Origin: Tricharina praecox
Lineage: Eukaryota
DNA length: 64,000 bases
Assembly (NCBI RefSeq): GCF_024521635.1
Contig: NW_026250405.1
Coordinates: 248,001-312,000, forward strand
Direction of reading: 5' to 3'
Shown: one piece after another, positions 50,060 through 62,161 of the stretch
How the letters are laid out: each line of letters begins with the position of its first letter
Position numbering within the stretch: position 1 is the first letter of the stretch
The notes under the pieces: model-generated
Database searches by the model: none
Told to the model about the DNA's origin: nothing
Seen by the model: the letters and a program-made list of their open reading frames with translations, nothing else
Translations under genes and position numbers: made by a program

Positions 50060-51597
50060 TCACAACTGGACGCAGACTCCCTTTTCCAGAATCATCTTAG
50101 AAACATTCACCACCGAATAGACTCCGACGGGGATCAGGAACGTGATCATGATTCCGCTGTAGATCGTTTTAGCCCGGCTTTCGCCGTACAAGCGCAAAAA
50201 CGGCAGGATGAGTGCCAGAACTTGTCCCGTAGCGAGCCAGCCGACGACAGCGAAGCGCTGGGCGGTGGTGCTCTCGGCTGCTTCGAAGCGCGTCATGATG
50301 TATATGACGATGTACGGGATCACAAGCGAGAAGGCCCATATGACGAGCTGGCCGATCTCCTTGCACAGTGTGGCCCAGTGCTCAAGCACGGGCTTAACCG
50401 GTATTCCGTGGTGTTTCTTGAGGCTCTCCAGGAAGGGTTTGAACTGGAACACATCATCTCAATCCGTCAGGATACATGTTCATTCCGGAGGTGGTGGCTG
50501 ACCGCGTAGCGGTAGAACTCGCACCGTATAGTAGGGCCTCTCTTTGAGAGCCTCCGGGCGGATGTATACCACTCCCACCGCACCGACAACAGAATCCCGT
50601 AATTCTCCGTCCAGTTTCCGCCGTCGTTCGAGCTCTTTCCCACCAACCTCGTGTATGTCGACATGCGGCGGCTCTTTCTCCCCTCCCTCGTTATCGCACG
50701 CCGGTGGCGCCACTGCGTCTCCGGCGGGCTCGCCATAATGCACTAAATACACATGCGAGTACTGCGGCCGAAATATCGCCGCAACGAGGTTAAGGAACGA
50801 CATCCACAGGTATGGTATGACCGTCAGCCCGAACGCCGCATAGCCGTAGCGCACGACCTGGTCGCCGCGCGAGGCGTACAGCTCCTTGCTCGCAAAGAAG
50901 ATCTGTGCGATTGCGGCTGCGCCCTGCACCAAGCTGTACGAATTCGGGATCTCCATGTTTTCGAGCTGTAGACCCTCGTGCAGCGGCTCTATCCGCGCGT
51001 CCGGTGGGATGCGCACGAGGTGGTATCGCGTAGTATCGTCGTCGGTAGGGGCCGCGCCGCGGCGCTGGGCATCGTCCCGAGGCTTGCGAATGGTGTCGCA
51101 TACGACTGGGTGGTCTCCGTGCACGTGCTTGAAGTCATTCTGCCACTCGTTCCACTGGCTGGAGGGATTGAGTGAGGTTAGCTGCTACCACGTATCGAAG
51201 GAGGCGCCGGTGTGGCAGCCACAACGTACAAGTCCTTCAGGTTCATCCCCTTTGCCGCGAACGCTGTCGGTACTATCACGGCACCGGCACCATTGCAGCC
51301 AACAACCATGTAAACGGCGCCGCATCGGAGCGCGGTCGCACACGAGGAAAGGCGAGCACTGGGGTACGACATGATGACGGTGATTGCCCTCCAGGTGCCC
51401 GCAAACGGCATGAACAGCGCCGTGAGCATCCACGAAAAGATCTGCGGATTCCGTGCTCCCGGATGCTGCATGACCGTGAAAACGTGCGTCACGTAGTTCA
51501 GAAGGATGAATTTTGTCACGCTGGTCCACGTCGCATCCGTGCATATGGTTTCTCCCTGACTGACGAACCGGATGGTTGGAACTTCGACGGGTGCCAT
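50060..51597 (-). CDS. Uncharacterised fungal multipass membrane protein, paralog 2, 3 exons
   Basis: ETICTDATWTSVTKFILLNYVTHVFT, RGDQVVRYGYAAFGLTVIPYLWMSFLNL and VVNVSKMILEKGVC. Confidence 0.85.
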
Positions 51598-53716
51598 CGT
51601 ATCGTATCGTACGTACGAGCGCAAGTACGGAACGGACGGCTTCAGCGAGGATGGGTGTGTATAGCGTTTGCGGTGTCGGCTGGAAGCTGCTGCTGCTGCT
51701 GCTAGGTTCGGAGATGAGCGGTTGAACTCTTCCGCTAGCTGTGGATAGGTATCCCCATATACTATATACACCGTGGGAAGCGGCCGATGTCTCGGATTGC
51801 CTCGCTGGATGAGCGTTGCTTAGTGTGCCCAGTGCGGGACAGTGTAAACCTTCTGGAAGAACATGTCGAACAGCGGATGCATATGCCAAACAGGCACCTG
51901 GGTTGTTCCTCCGGGCTGTTGGAGGGACTTTACTGGCCCTGATATGTACGATCGCCAATCAAGAGCAGCGAAATATGGAGAGATAAATCACAAATATTCG
52001 CATTACATATATGAGCTGGCTACAGACGAAAAGGACGCCCCCGGGAATGTAGTGCAGTGCAGAGCGTCTGACAACGGTCCTATCGTAAGCGCGGCGAAGG
52101 TGCAGTCGCGACCGTCACTCGAATCAAGTTCCTAGAGTAGCTCCCTGCAGTATTGCGTCGGCCTGGGCCTGAACTGTGCTTCTACTCTTCCGTGCCACGA
52201 TTCGATACTGGTAGGACACGTGATGATTGCACCCTGCATGAGATGAGCCCAATCAACTCCAACTCCAACCTCACACGAATCACGAGTAGTCTTGACCATG
52301 GTTCTGCGTGATCGCGTTCGAAGCGCCTCTTTCGATCCGAAGCCTGGTTTGCGTGGCGACCATAGGCTGCATCCCGCAACACCTGTAGACTATCGGCCGG
52401 GAGTATCCGAGTATTTCGGTAACGACTCTGTAAGCCTCACTGTACATATGATACGTATTTGACAGCGCCTGGCGCTACATTAACATTCGTCCCAAGAAGG
52501 GGTTTTTCGCTCACCTGGTCGGCCAGTTGATCAAGAGAACGACTCGCCTCAGCGAATTCCCGTCCGGATGTCCCGGTCGACCACTTGCAGGACCTAGCCT
52601 TGGGACCTCTGAGGTTCAAACAGTTCAAACTGCCGCTCTAGAGTCTAGAGGAATGAGTCCACCCTGCGCCGCTGCGCATGAAGACGGTGGGCGACTATCA
52701 AGGGGTAGGTAGAAGGTGTGGCGCTGTTGACGTCTTCTTGGAAGCGAAACGGCGAAAATGAAGGATGATTGAGAAGTTAAGGTTGTATTCAACTTCGAAG
52801 AGCCATCTCATATGGCTCTCCCCCGCTACCTACAACGTTCGGTTCCACCCGATCAGGTTAGTCCGGCTATCGCCGCTATTCGGATCCACCGATTCGACTA
52901 GCCCCTCCTCGTATCTTATCTAATCTTCTATCTATCCTCCATATGCTCCTCTCGTGGTGGTGGTAGACAACCGCTGTCCGCGGACCGTCGGATTAACCAG
53001 TAGATACTAGACAGTCGCCTTGTTAATATGTTTTGTTGATACCTGTGGGGAAACTGTGGTCCAGGTACTCTAATAGTTCTACTTATCGCGCGATCTACTT
53101 GTACGGTTGGTAATAGTTATGTTTCAGCGGTAGCACTCAAGCAAGTATGCAAGTACGGAAGCTCCGCGCTGTTTCGCGAAGCCCGGCGGCGGCAGTATTT
53201 AAACAGACAGGCGCGTTACGAGCGACGACCATGCGAGCGGCTTCCGATTCCCTACCAACTTCTTACGTACATGATACCCAGGCATCTGCAGTGCGGTATA
53301 TGTATGGTACGGTACTCGGTACTGCGTGAGATGGAGGACGTACTCCGGAGGTACCTAGCATCCAGGCATATCCCGACAACGACAAGGCCAGAGAGAGATC
53401 ACCGGTATATGGTAGTATCTTATCGGATAACCTAGAATTCACGATCGGCAGGGCCCCAGTGCCTGAAGGTTTAAGGCTGGCGATGGTACTTCCGAACGCC
53501 GGAAATAAAAAAGCCGGGCTTGTTTTAACTTATCGTGTAACTGTTACAGCAGGCGGTCCCGGTATTCCTTCCGCGATGCGCGGAGCATGCGGAAAGGTTC
53601 CGACATGCCTTGAAGCGACGTCGCGGCAATGGGTTGGGATTGATACCTGTATGCACGAATGGAATAATTTATCCGTCTTTGGGAATCGGAAGAGTGGATA
53701 TCCCGCTGCTGATCGC

Positions 53717-53802
53717 GAGTTTAACATATCTCGGCCGTAGTGATCCTGCCACTGACCGTGAGTTTAACATATCTAGGCCGTAGTGATCCTGCCACCGACC
53801 GT
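53717..53802. repeat. 43-bp tandem duplication, 2 copies with 2 mismatches
   Basis: GAGTTTAACATATCT(C/A)GGCCGTAGTGATCCTGCCAC(T/C)GACCGT x2. Confidence 0.95.
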
Positions 53803-56302
53803 GATATTACGGTGGACTCTGGAGCAGTGGGGGAATCGCCACGGATAGGAACTTGGACAGAGTATACTTTATATGTATGTGGGGCTTAAAGGTACCAAAA
53901 CAAGTAAGGACGACTGTACGCACTTATGTAGACTACAAGCGCTCGGCTGGGCTGACTGCTAGATCAGATGGGCACTGGATCTGCAGTCCTCGGCAGCAGA
54001 ACGTACCAAGAAGTGTCACCGCACCACTAACCCCTCGGCCCCGGATTTTGGAAGCCGCGTCAGCCGACGAAGTGGGGAATTGTGCGCTGCGACACTGGTT
54101 ATGCGTCGGTAGCGTCTCGTGGCAGCGATGGAGGAGCTGCCGGCGAGAGGGGGAAGTGAGGGAGGACTCCTGCAGCGGGAGGAAGCGAATGCGGTTAGTA
54201 GTGGGCATCAACGTGGTGAGAATCTTGAACGTTGGTGGGCATGGCCGGGTCTTCTTCTTCTTCTTCTTCTTTCTCGATCATCCTCTGCAGAATACCTAGA
54301 CGATCAACATCCACATTCTCTTTCTCCTTGTGTGTTCTCCTTCCCTCGACCCGCCGCTTTCCGACCGGGAGAGGCATTGGCGAAAGAATCCTCGCAAAAG
54401 TACGTCCCGAGTGGGCATACACGTGGACGTAGATAGAGTAACTATGGCTGTTCGAGGATCCGCTAACTACTTATTACTAGTACTGGAGAGCCGGGTCGAT
54501 CTTGACGCCAGAGCCCATGGTACTCCACAGCGCACCGACCGGCTTGCATACAGCAGGCAAATCAGGAAGTAGGCACAACCCTACTGCTACATACGTAGAG
54601 TATTCACTCATCCGCGATCCGTGGAACCTTTGTTGGCGTTGGGAAACTCTTGTCTGGCGGTACTATCTATGTCTAGACTCCGAATCGACTCGGACAGCCA
54701 CCCCGAGAGAGCAGACCCCACGGGGTAATCGCTGGGTGCCGAAACTTCGCACAACTCCCCGAAACATTTGCCTCAGGAATCGGCATGGACTTCTCGATTG
54801 CTCGTTCCGTCCCTGAACCTGGCTGGAGTTTGAGGCGTTGGGCACAGTGGGGCACTGCTGGACTCGCGGTTGTGTCCTAGTGCCGATAACACGGTGGGGT
54901 ACATGCATAGGTGTTGCGGTAACCAACTTCTTGGTTACATACCAAGCCCGAACGGCGCACACTCTACTTCGAGCCTCTTGTTAGCACGCGCGTCGATCCG
55001 TACTACCTCCTTGGCGATGGAGGACAGTCGTCAGAAACCTCGGTGGTGCCGTTGTGGGCACCGTCCTGCCGAGCGCGATCTAACCATTCGCGTCTTCCCC
55101 ACAAAGATCGGACCCTTGGCTAGACTCCAGAGTCTAGAGTATCATGGTATGCATATGCCGGCAGGTGGGCGGTGGTGGGGATTATGCTGATATATACTTA
55201 CATCCCTCGGTGAGTCGGTGCTACCGGTATGTTTGCACTGTAGATAGATGCCTTGTATTGTGGCTGCTTGCAGGATTCGTCGTCGTCAGTTGAGGGCCTG
55301 GCCTTTTGGTTGTTCGGATGTGCGACACTGCGACGGCGGAGCAGGACGGTAGAGCACATTGGTAGACGGTGCAGAAGAAGAGTGCTGCGCTGCTTGCTTC
55401 TCTGCCTTTAGCCAGGTGTTTACTACCGGTATCCGAATACCTACTCCATTCGATGCCCTGGATTTACGATCTTTAGCGAGTGGATATCGACGGCTCTGAA
55501 TTTACAATCGTTAGCGAGCAGGTACCAACTTTGTTCGATGGTCCCTGGATCTACATACAATCTTGACCCGCCAGCTGTCCAGTGGAGTAACTATCCGCGA
55601 ATCGGGCTCTGCCAGTTTCCTCTTCGTCCTGCTGTCCGCCCCGACGCATGTATGTAGGTAGGTACATACTGTAGGTCCGTGGTAAATTACCTACCCGTGA
55701 AGACCTTGTTCGTGTGCTGCTTGCGGACAGGGCGTACCAAAGAACGTCGGAGCAGGGAGGGAAGATGTCTCGCGGTGGGCTAATTGGCTTGTGCGGGTGG
55801 GGACCGCGTGCGTATAACCGGATTGATGCCGCGGAATCTGTCCGAGACGGCCAAAGTCCCCGAAGGGGGTGAAGGATCATCAGCGAACGAGATCCCTACC
55901 AAGGCGGGGGGAGAGGGGGGAAAGAGGCGTAAACCGGGCAAGCATTCGAACACCTTCTCCATCACAAGCCAAGGACTGGGCAGTAGATAGTGGATACTCC
56001 ACAGCACTTACATGCGGTTGTTATATGCTGGTATATATAGAGCGGAGTGCTTCGGTTCTTCGCGTCTTTTGAAGTGTCTACTATTCTTCCTCCCCCACAA
56101 TCAGCTCATTACCTCATCGTGGCTGCATCTTCTCTCTTCTTCATCAGCTCGGTATCTTTGTTGCTCCTCAGGTTTTAGGCTCGATCTCTCACAGTTAGCC
56201 GATATCTACCCGTATACCCAGGTGGTCAGATCTTTAACCTAAAATCCAAATTTGGAAATTTATTGCGACATCAAAAAGAAAATACAACGGAAGGAAAGAA
56301 CC

Positions 56303-58580
56303 ATGTCAGCTCCTATCCTACTGGACGCAACACCTCCGTTCACATCGCCATCGTTCACGGCAGACCAATGGCGCACCTTTTTCTCGATCACGGAGATCAT
56401 CATTCCCGCCACTCCGTCCCCCGACTCTTCGGACCCCGTCGTATCCAAGTTCGCGGCCTGCTCGGCCAGTGCTAATCACGTGGCCTTCCGCCATGGCATC
56501 GAGCAGCTCTTCGAGAATCGGGTGCCAGCCGGTGTAAAGGAAGGATTCCGATCGGTTCTCAACATGCTCAAGTAAGTTGCAGACTATTATCGCCCCATTC
56601 TTCTCGGTACTGACGCTGCTGACTACAGCTCGAAGGCCGGGTGTCTGCTTCTCACGAGTGGGGCAACGCCTTTTCACCAGCTGTCTGCCGAAGACCGCGA
56701 GACTAACCTCAAACGATGGATCTCGACCGATTCCTACCTCCTCTTCCCGCCGATCCGGAACTTCACCGTCGGCATCACCCAGTACACAAAGATGATGTGG
56801 TTCCGGAAAGCCACCGACGAGATCTACCCCGCGATCGATTTTCTCGGTTCCGACACTGCGACAGTCGCTGCCTGGGCTCAGAACGATGATTGGAAGCAGC
56901 ACACGCCGGAACCGCTGAAGGGAGAAGAGGGGGGTTTCTACAATGCGTTTGATTTCATCAAGATCGACGGACCGACCGAGCTCGAAGTGGACGTGGTGAT
57001 CGTTGGTTCGGGCTGCGGAGGTGCCGTTGCCGCGAAAACGATCGCGGAAGCGGGGCTGAAGGTCATCGTCGTCGAAAAGGGACCTTGGTTCGTAGCCCGA
57101 GGGGACTACCCAGATCGTTCGGGACCACCTGCTAATGAGCCGTAGGGTGCCAAATGATAAACTTCCTCTCCACGAGGACGTAGCGGGCGAGACTATATTC
57201 GAGGGTGGGCTTGCAGCGACCACCGACGATGGGAGTGTTGTTTTGCTGGCGGGCTCCCTGCTCGGAGGTGGTGGCGCCGTCAACTGGAGTGCTTCCCTCC
57301 ACACTCCACACTACGTTCGAAAAGCCTGGGCGGAGGATATGCACCTTCCGTATTTCCAGACGCCGGACTTCCAACGCCATCTCGATGCCGTCTGCAAGCG
57401 CATGGGCGTGTCAACTCCCACCAGCCACAACCACCGAAACGCAGCACTCCTCTCCGGTGCCCGGAAACTCGGGTATACGGCTGCAGCCGTCCCCCAGAAC
57501 GCGACAGTGGATCACCAGGACCCATTCTGCTCGTACGGGTGCGGATGCCCGCCACACGCGAGGAAAATGGGCACGGTCAACAGTTTCCTGCCTGACGCTT
57601 CTCGTGCGGGAGCGAGGTTCATCACCGAGTTCAAGTGCGAGTCGCTGCTGTACTCGCACGAGCACCCCGAGCGCGTCGTCGGCATCTCAGGAATCTACGG
57701 CAAGGGTGAAATACCGGTTGTGATCCGAGCGCGGGAAACGGTGGTCTCGGCGGGATCCCTCTACACTCCCGCATTACTCCTAAACTCGGGCCTCACCTCG
57801 CCTCAGATCGGCGCAAACCTGCATCTGCATCCCGCCGTAATGATGTATGCCTACTACCCCGAAAAGAGGTATCCCCTCGTCGGAGCTTCCCTCACCAGTA
57901 TTGTCTCGTCGTTCGAGGACCTCGATGGTCACGGCCACGGTGTGCGACTGGAAACTCCCATCATGGGTCTCGCATTAGCCCTGTCGGGGCTACCCTGGTT
58001 GGGCGGCGAGGAGTGGAAACAGGATCTCCTCAACTACCCGCGGCTGGATGGCTACCTCGGGATCATCCGGGAAGAGCAGACCGGGCGCGTCTACGTCGAC
58101 GAGATGGGCCGGCCCCGGATGGCATACTCCCTCGGCGCCAAGGAGCGCGAGTGGATGCTGGTCGGCATCGAAGCCATCGCCAAGATCGCGCTCACCGAGG
58201 GCGCAGAAAAGATCTATGCGCCCATCAATGGCTTCCCCGCGTTCGTCAAGCAGGGCAAGTGCGAAATGGGCATCATGGACCCCCACTTCCAGAACTGGCT
58301 CAAGAAGCTTAGGGACACGAAGTTGGCTAGCCCTAATGCTATCTTTGCCAGTGCCCATCAGATGAGCAGTTGTCGCATGGGCGCCACGCCACAGGATGGC
58401 GCCGTCGATATCGATGGAAAGATTTGGGGACATGAGGGCGTCGTCGTCGCGGATGCGAGTATCCTGCCGACCGCGAGTGGCGCTAATCCTATGGTTACCA
58501 CTATGGCGGTGTCGCGACATGTCGCGGAGGGAGTGGTGGAAAGGTTGACGGGGAAGAAGAATGCGGCGAATGGGTTCTGA
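56303..58580 (+). CDS. Long-chain fatty alcohol oxidase (GMC oxidoreductase), 3 exons (introns 56572-56628 and 57088-57145)
   Basis: DVVIVGSGCGGAVAA FAD motif, LAGSLLGGGGAVNWSAS, CSYGC, GANLHLHP, SAHQMSSCRMG and DASILPTASGANPM. Confidence 0.95.
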
Positions 58581-59677
58581 TGTGTACCATGATTATACGC
58601 GGGGGTTTGATTTGGTTTCTTATTTGGTTTCTTATTTGTAACGAGGCGAATGATATTTCATGACATGCACTGAGCTGGGCCGGTTTCTGCTCGGCGATTC
58701 TTCGCAACACGTTGCTATAAAGGCAAGAGCGATAGCAGAAGGTTTATTATACACGTGTGTATGCTCCAGAGGTGCCGAAATACCCATACCTCAGGTATGT
58801 AGCCTTCCGGGGAAGTCCTGCCATTCGAACACGGCCGGGCGCGCCCACTCTCGTTTACACTGCAAATCTGCAGCAAAAACCGACATTAACAATGTTCGAA
58901 CAGGCTTCGGCCGTTGTCATTGACATTGACCAGGATCCTTCAGGCTGACTTACCAAGTTCCATTCCTTGTCGCAAGTTGAACCGATATACCTACTACCTA
59001 GTATATCCATGAATCCCGGAGGAAGATCGCCACTATCCCCCTGTGTCAAGTTTACGCCCCGAGGAACGGAGACCTCACTCGGCTCGGCTTGTGAGAAACT
59101 CTTCAGGAACGTTACGTTCATTGGTGTAGCGGAGGTTCTCCACGTATGTACCGGTGCAGTAGGGACTCTGTAGCCCCGCTAGCGGCCAACTACGGGTGAA
59201 CTGTGAACTGTGAAGGCAGACCCCCCTCCCCGCTCATTTCAAACCGTGATTTCAGGCCGCGCTATGGTCTCAATCCCGTAGGACTTTATTCTCCTTATCC
59301 TCCCGTGTAGTATATGGGAATGAATTCCTAAGGGTTCCTAGCGCTTGCGGATGTTTCCCTATTGGCCGCCTCTATTGCTTAGGTCGGTTGAGTGGTGGTT
59401 GTTTGACTGCATGGTTGCACCACTCTTGGACCACTCCTAGTAGCGGAAATTGAATGCTTTACACTCTTGCTCTAGGGCATTGGGCATTGATGATGGGAGG
59501 TACTTGGGTACTTGGTACTTTGATATACCTATGTCCATAGCTGTGGATGGGGCCATGGGAGATAAATAAATACGCACCTGCTCCCCGCCCCACCGGGAAT
59601 CACCACCCATCACCACCGGGCATCACCATGGCATCCCAACGTAGCAGAAGCAGATATACAGACGAAAAGAAGAAACA

Positions 59678-60470
59678 ATGCATGCCCTCACCTTCCTCCC
59701 GCTGCCGCTATCCCTCTGCCTCTCCCTGGCCCTTTCCACCACTGCCCTCCCCCCTTCCCCTTCCCCCCCTTCCCCTTCCCCCCCTTCCCCTTCCCCCCCC
59801 TTAAGACTAATTTGCACGGGCAGTTCACGATCCCCGAAACCCCGCGCGTCCTCCTCTCCGCGTCCTCCTATCAACGGGGTTCGCGCCGCAACGCCGTAGA
59901 ATTCCACTGGTACACTGGTACGCGGCAGATAATGGTGGGCTCCTCGGCAGCCGGTAGGTCATCGCGGGGTCGATGTTGTCGCGTTGCTGAACCAAGTACC
60001 CCTCCCCACCCAAATCACTCGACGAGTGACGACTGATACGCGGGAATGGGCGAAAGGAAAGGATATGACCCCCCCCCCCTCCACCACGACCAGCTCGCGA
60101 TAGATAGTGGCGGACTTTACCTCCACACCTCCACACCACTAAACACATTCGTAAAGCAGCTGAGGAGCTGGGGGAGGTGTACACCGTCCTCCCCGTGGTA
60201 GAGACGCGGTGCGGATACGAGTGCAGTGATCATGCTAGTGCTACGGAGGCTGGGTACCCCGTCGCGTTTGTGTGAGAATTACTTTAATGCTGTGGATTCA
60301 CTCTGAAGGGGATATGCTGGAGACGATCGATGTAAAGCATGTGCGGGAGCATGTTAAGGTGAGTAGCTTTTCTTGGGCGGGGATGGGGGAGGGGTGGGGG
60401 AAGGGGGATAGGCTGACGGGAACGGATAGTTGGCGGTGGGCTTCGCGGTCTCGGCGTCGTACTTCTGAAC
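59678..60470 (+). pseudogene. Secreted leucine aminopeptidase (M28 family) pseudogene
   Basis: Signal peptide, then fragments [45 protein letters not shown] and IHSEGD...EHVK|LAVGFA in shifting frames with stops; the metal-ligand region before EFHWY is missing. Confidence 0.85.
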
Positions 60471-60661
60471 GGGCGTGTAAGGACAAACGAAGGGGAGAAA
60501 CGGGGAAATGCAGAAAGCTGAATTTTATGTATGTACATGCACATTATCGATGTGCGAAGTAATAAGACGAATCATAAACCACGACCTGGTATCTCACTGG
60601 AGCACTCGCACATCCATCCATCCAATCATCTATCCATCCATTCCTCTGAGGAGCACTAGCA

Positions 60662-61737
60662 CTAGCAGTGCACAGCTCCATCAGCGTGGGTATGGCACTC
60701 CTTCTTGGGCATGGTGGTAGTTGCCAACGTCGTCGCTGCCGCAGGAGTCGCGATGGCAGTAGTCATCGGGCTCGGCTTCTTTGCGACAGCAGTACCCAAG
60801 CACCCCACACCCGGCACGGAAACACGCAGCGCATACACTTCGAGCGCAAAGTACAGCAGCGAGTCGGAGTTGTGCACGGCCTCGCCGTCCTCGTGCGTCG
60901 CCAGCTCCAGCGTCTCGGCGTATCCGTCGGCGGTATGGTGGATCGCGTCTTCGCTCACTGAAGGGACGTGGAAGAGACTTTCACTTGTCAGCGGAGCTCG
61001 GGGGGAAGCAGAGAAAGTGGGGATGGGTAGTTACCGGTGCAAAAGATCACTCGCCCAGAAGACATTGGTCTTGCTCCCCGCAACGGTGTAGCCCTGCGTA
61101 CACATCTGCGCCAGCCGCAGCCGCTTGACGTACGAAGTATCGCAGATGACGGTTTCCGAGGTGGCGTTGCTGCCGCGCCAGTGGCCGGCCCAGGTGGCGT
61201 CCCTCGCACTATTTATCCCCAATATCATCAGCCCACACTCCTTAACCCATCACCCCCCTCCCCATCCCCCCCATCCCTCCCCATCGCTCGGGTACTAACC
61301 AGTTCCCATCAACATCATCACACCTAAACAGCACACCGGGCTTATTCGCCGACACAATATTGTCAAACACGCCCACGACGGGAGCGGTAGTTCCATTGAC
61401 GCCAAAGTACTTCGTGAAGACCGGATCGGTGCGGCCGTTCTCGAGCAGGTACTGCCGCGCTACGAGGGACAGCTCTGCTGTGTCCTGGAGTGCCGCGGTA
61501 AGCTGCGCGGTGTTGGTGGAGTTGCAGGTCGCGTGGAGTTCTATGTTGACTAGAGACGCGGGGTTTCAGTGGGAGGAGAGGAGGGGAGGGGGAACGGGGG
61601 GGAGGGGAAGTACGTGGCCCGATCACGGGCGTGTGCGCCGGCAGCGAAAAGGCGGTTTCGTGAGTGCTCGAGATGTTGGGCAGCGACAGGGCCGCGGCGG
61701 AGACAGCCAGGCAGGCGGTCAGGAGGTGGGAGAACAT
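60662..61737 (-). CDS. PRA1: Secreted zincophore, Pra1/Asp f 2 family, 4 exons
   Basis: Signal peptide; LHATCNST, FTKYFG, LFRCDDVDGNC, WAGHWRGSNATSETVICD, DLLHRLFH and NSDSLLYFALEVYA; His-rich C-terminus HTHADGAVHC. Confidence 0.93.
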
Positions 61738-61860
61738 GGCTGTGTCGGTGCTGGCTGGCTAGATGCGATGCGATGCGACGGACGAGGCTGGCGGGAGGTG
61801 GAGCGGGTGCGGTGAGCAGCGGTGCGGTGGGGCAGCGGTAATCCGGTCGGTCTTCCTCTG

Positions 61861-61982
61861 GATTTATACATCGCCGTCCAGCGGCCCAGCTGCCCCGCGG
61901 TCCAGCTGTCCTCCGGTCTCGTCGCCGGAGATGGGCCAAAGATGGGCCAAAGATGGGCCAAAGATGGGCCACCAAGGTGCGC
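61861..61982 (-). promoter_or_regulatory. PRA1 promoter: TATA box and ZafA/Zap1-type zinc-response element
   Basis: TATAAA on minus strand at 61868-61863; CAAGGT core at 61973-61978 (GCCACCAAGGTGCGC) next to an 11-bp repeat (AGATGGGCCAA)x4. Confidence 0.6.
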
Positions 61983-62130
61983 GGATCTAGCCCCTACATA
62001 GAGTACGTAGCGGGATCAGGGCCTGCCAGAGCCTGGCTGGCCGATGCTTAACGTTTTTCTCGCCATGTGGGATTAGGATTTTGTGGGTATGTAAGCCTGG
62101 AACCTGGGTGGTTGATGATGTCTTGCGAAT

Positions 62131-62161
<31 letters not shown>

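Noticed and set aside
61929..61970. PacC sites or a CRISPR-like array in the PRA1 promoter
   Set aside because: The unit contains GCCAAA, not GCCARG, and there are no spacers; simple 11-bp tandem repeat.
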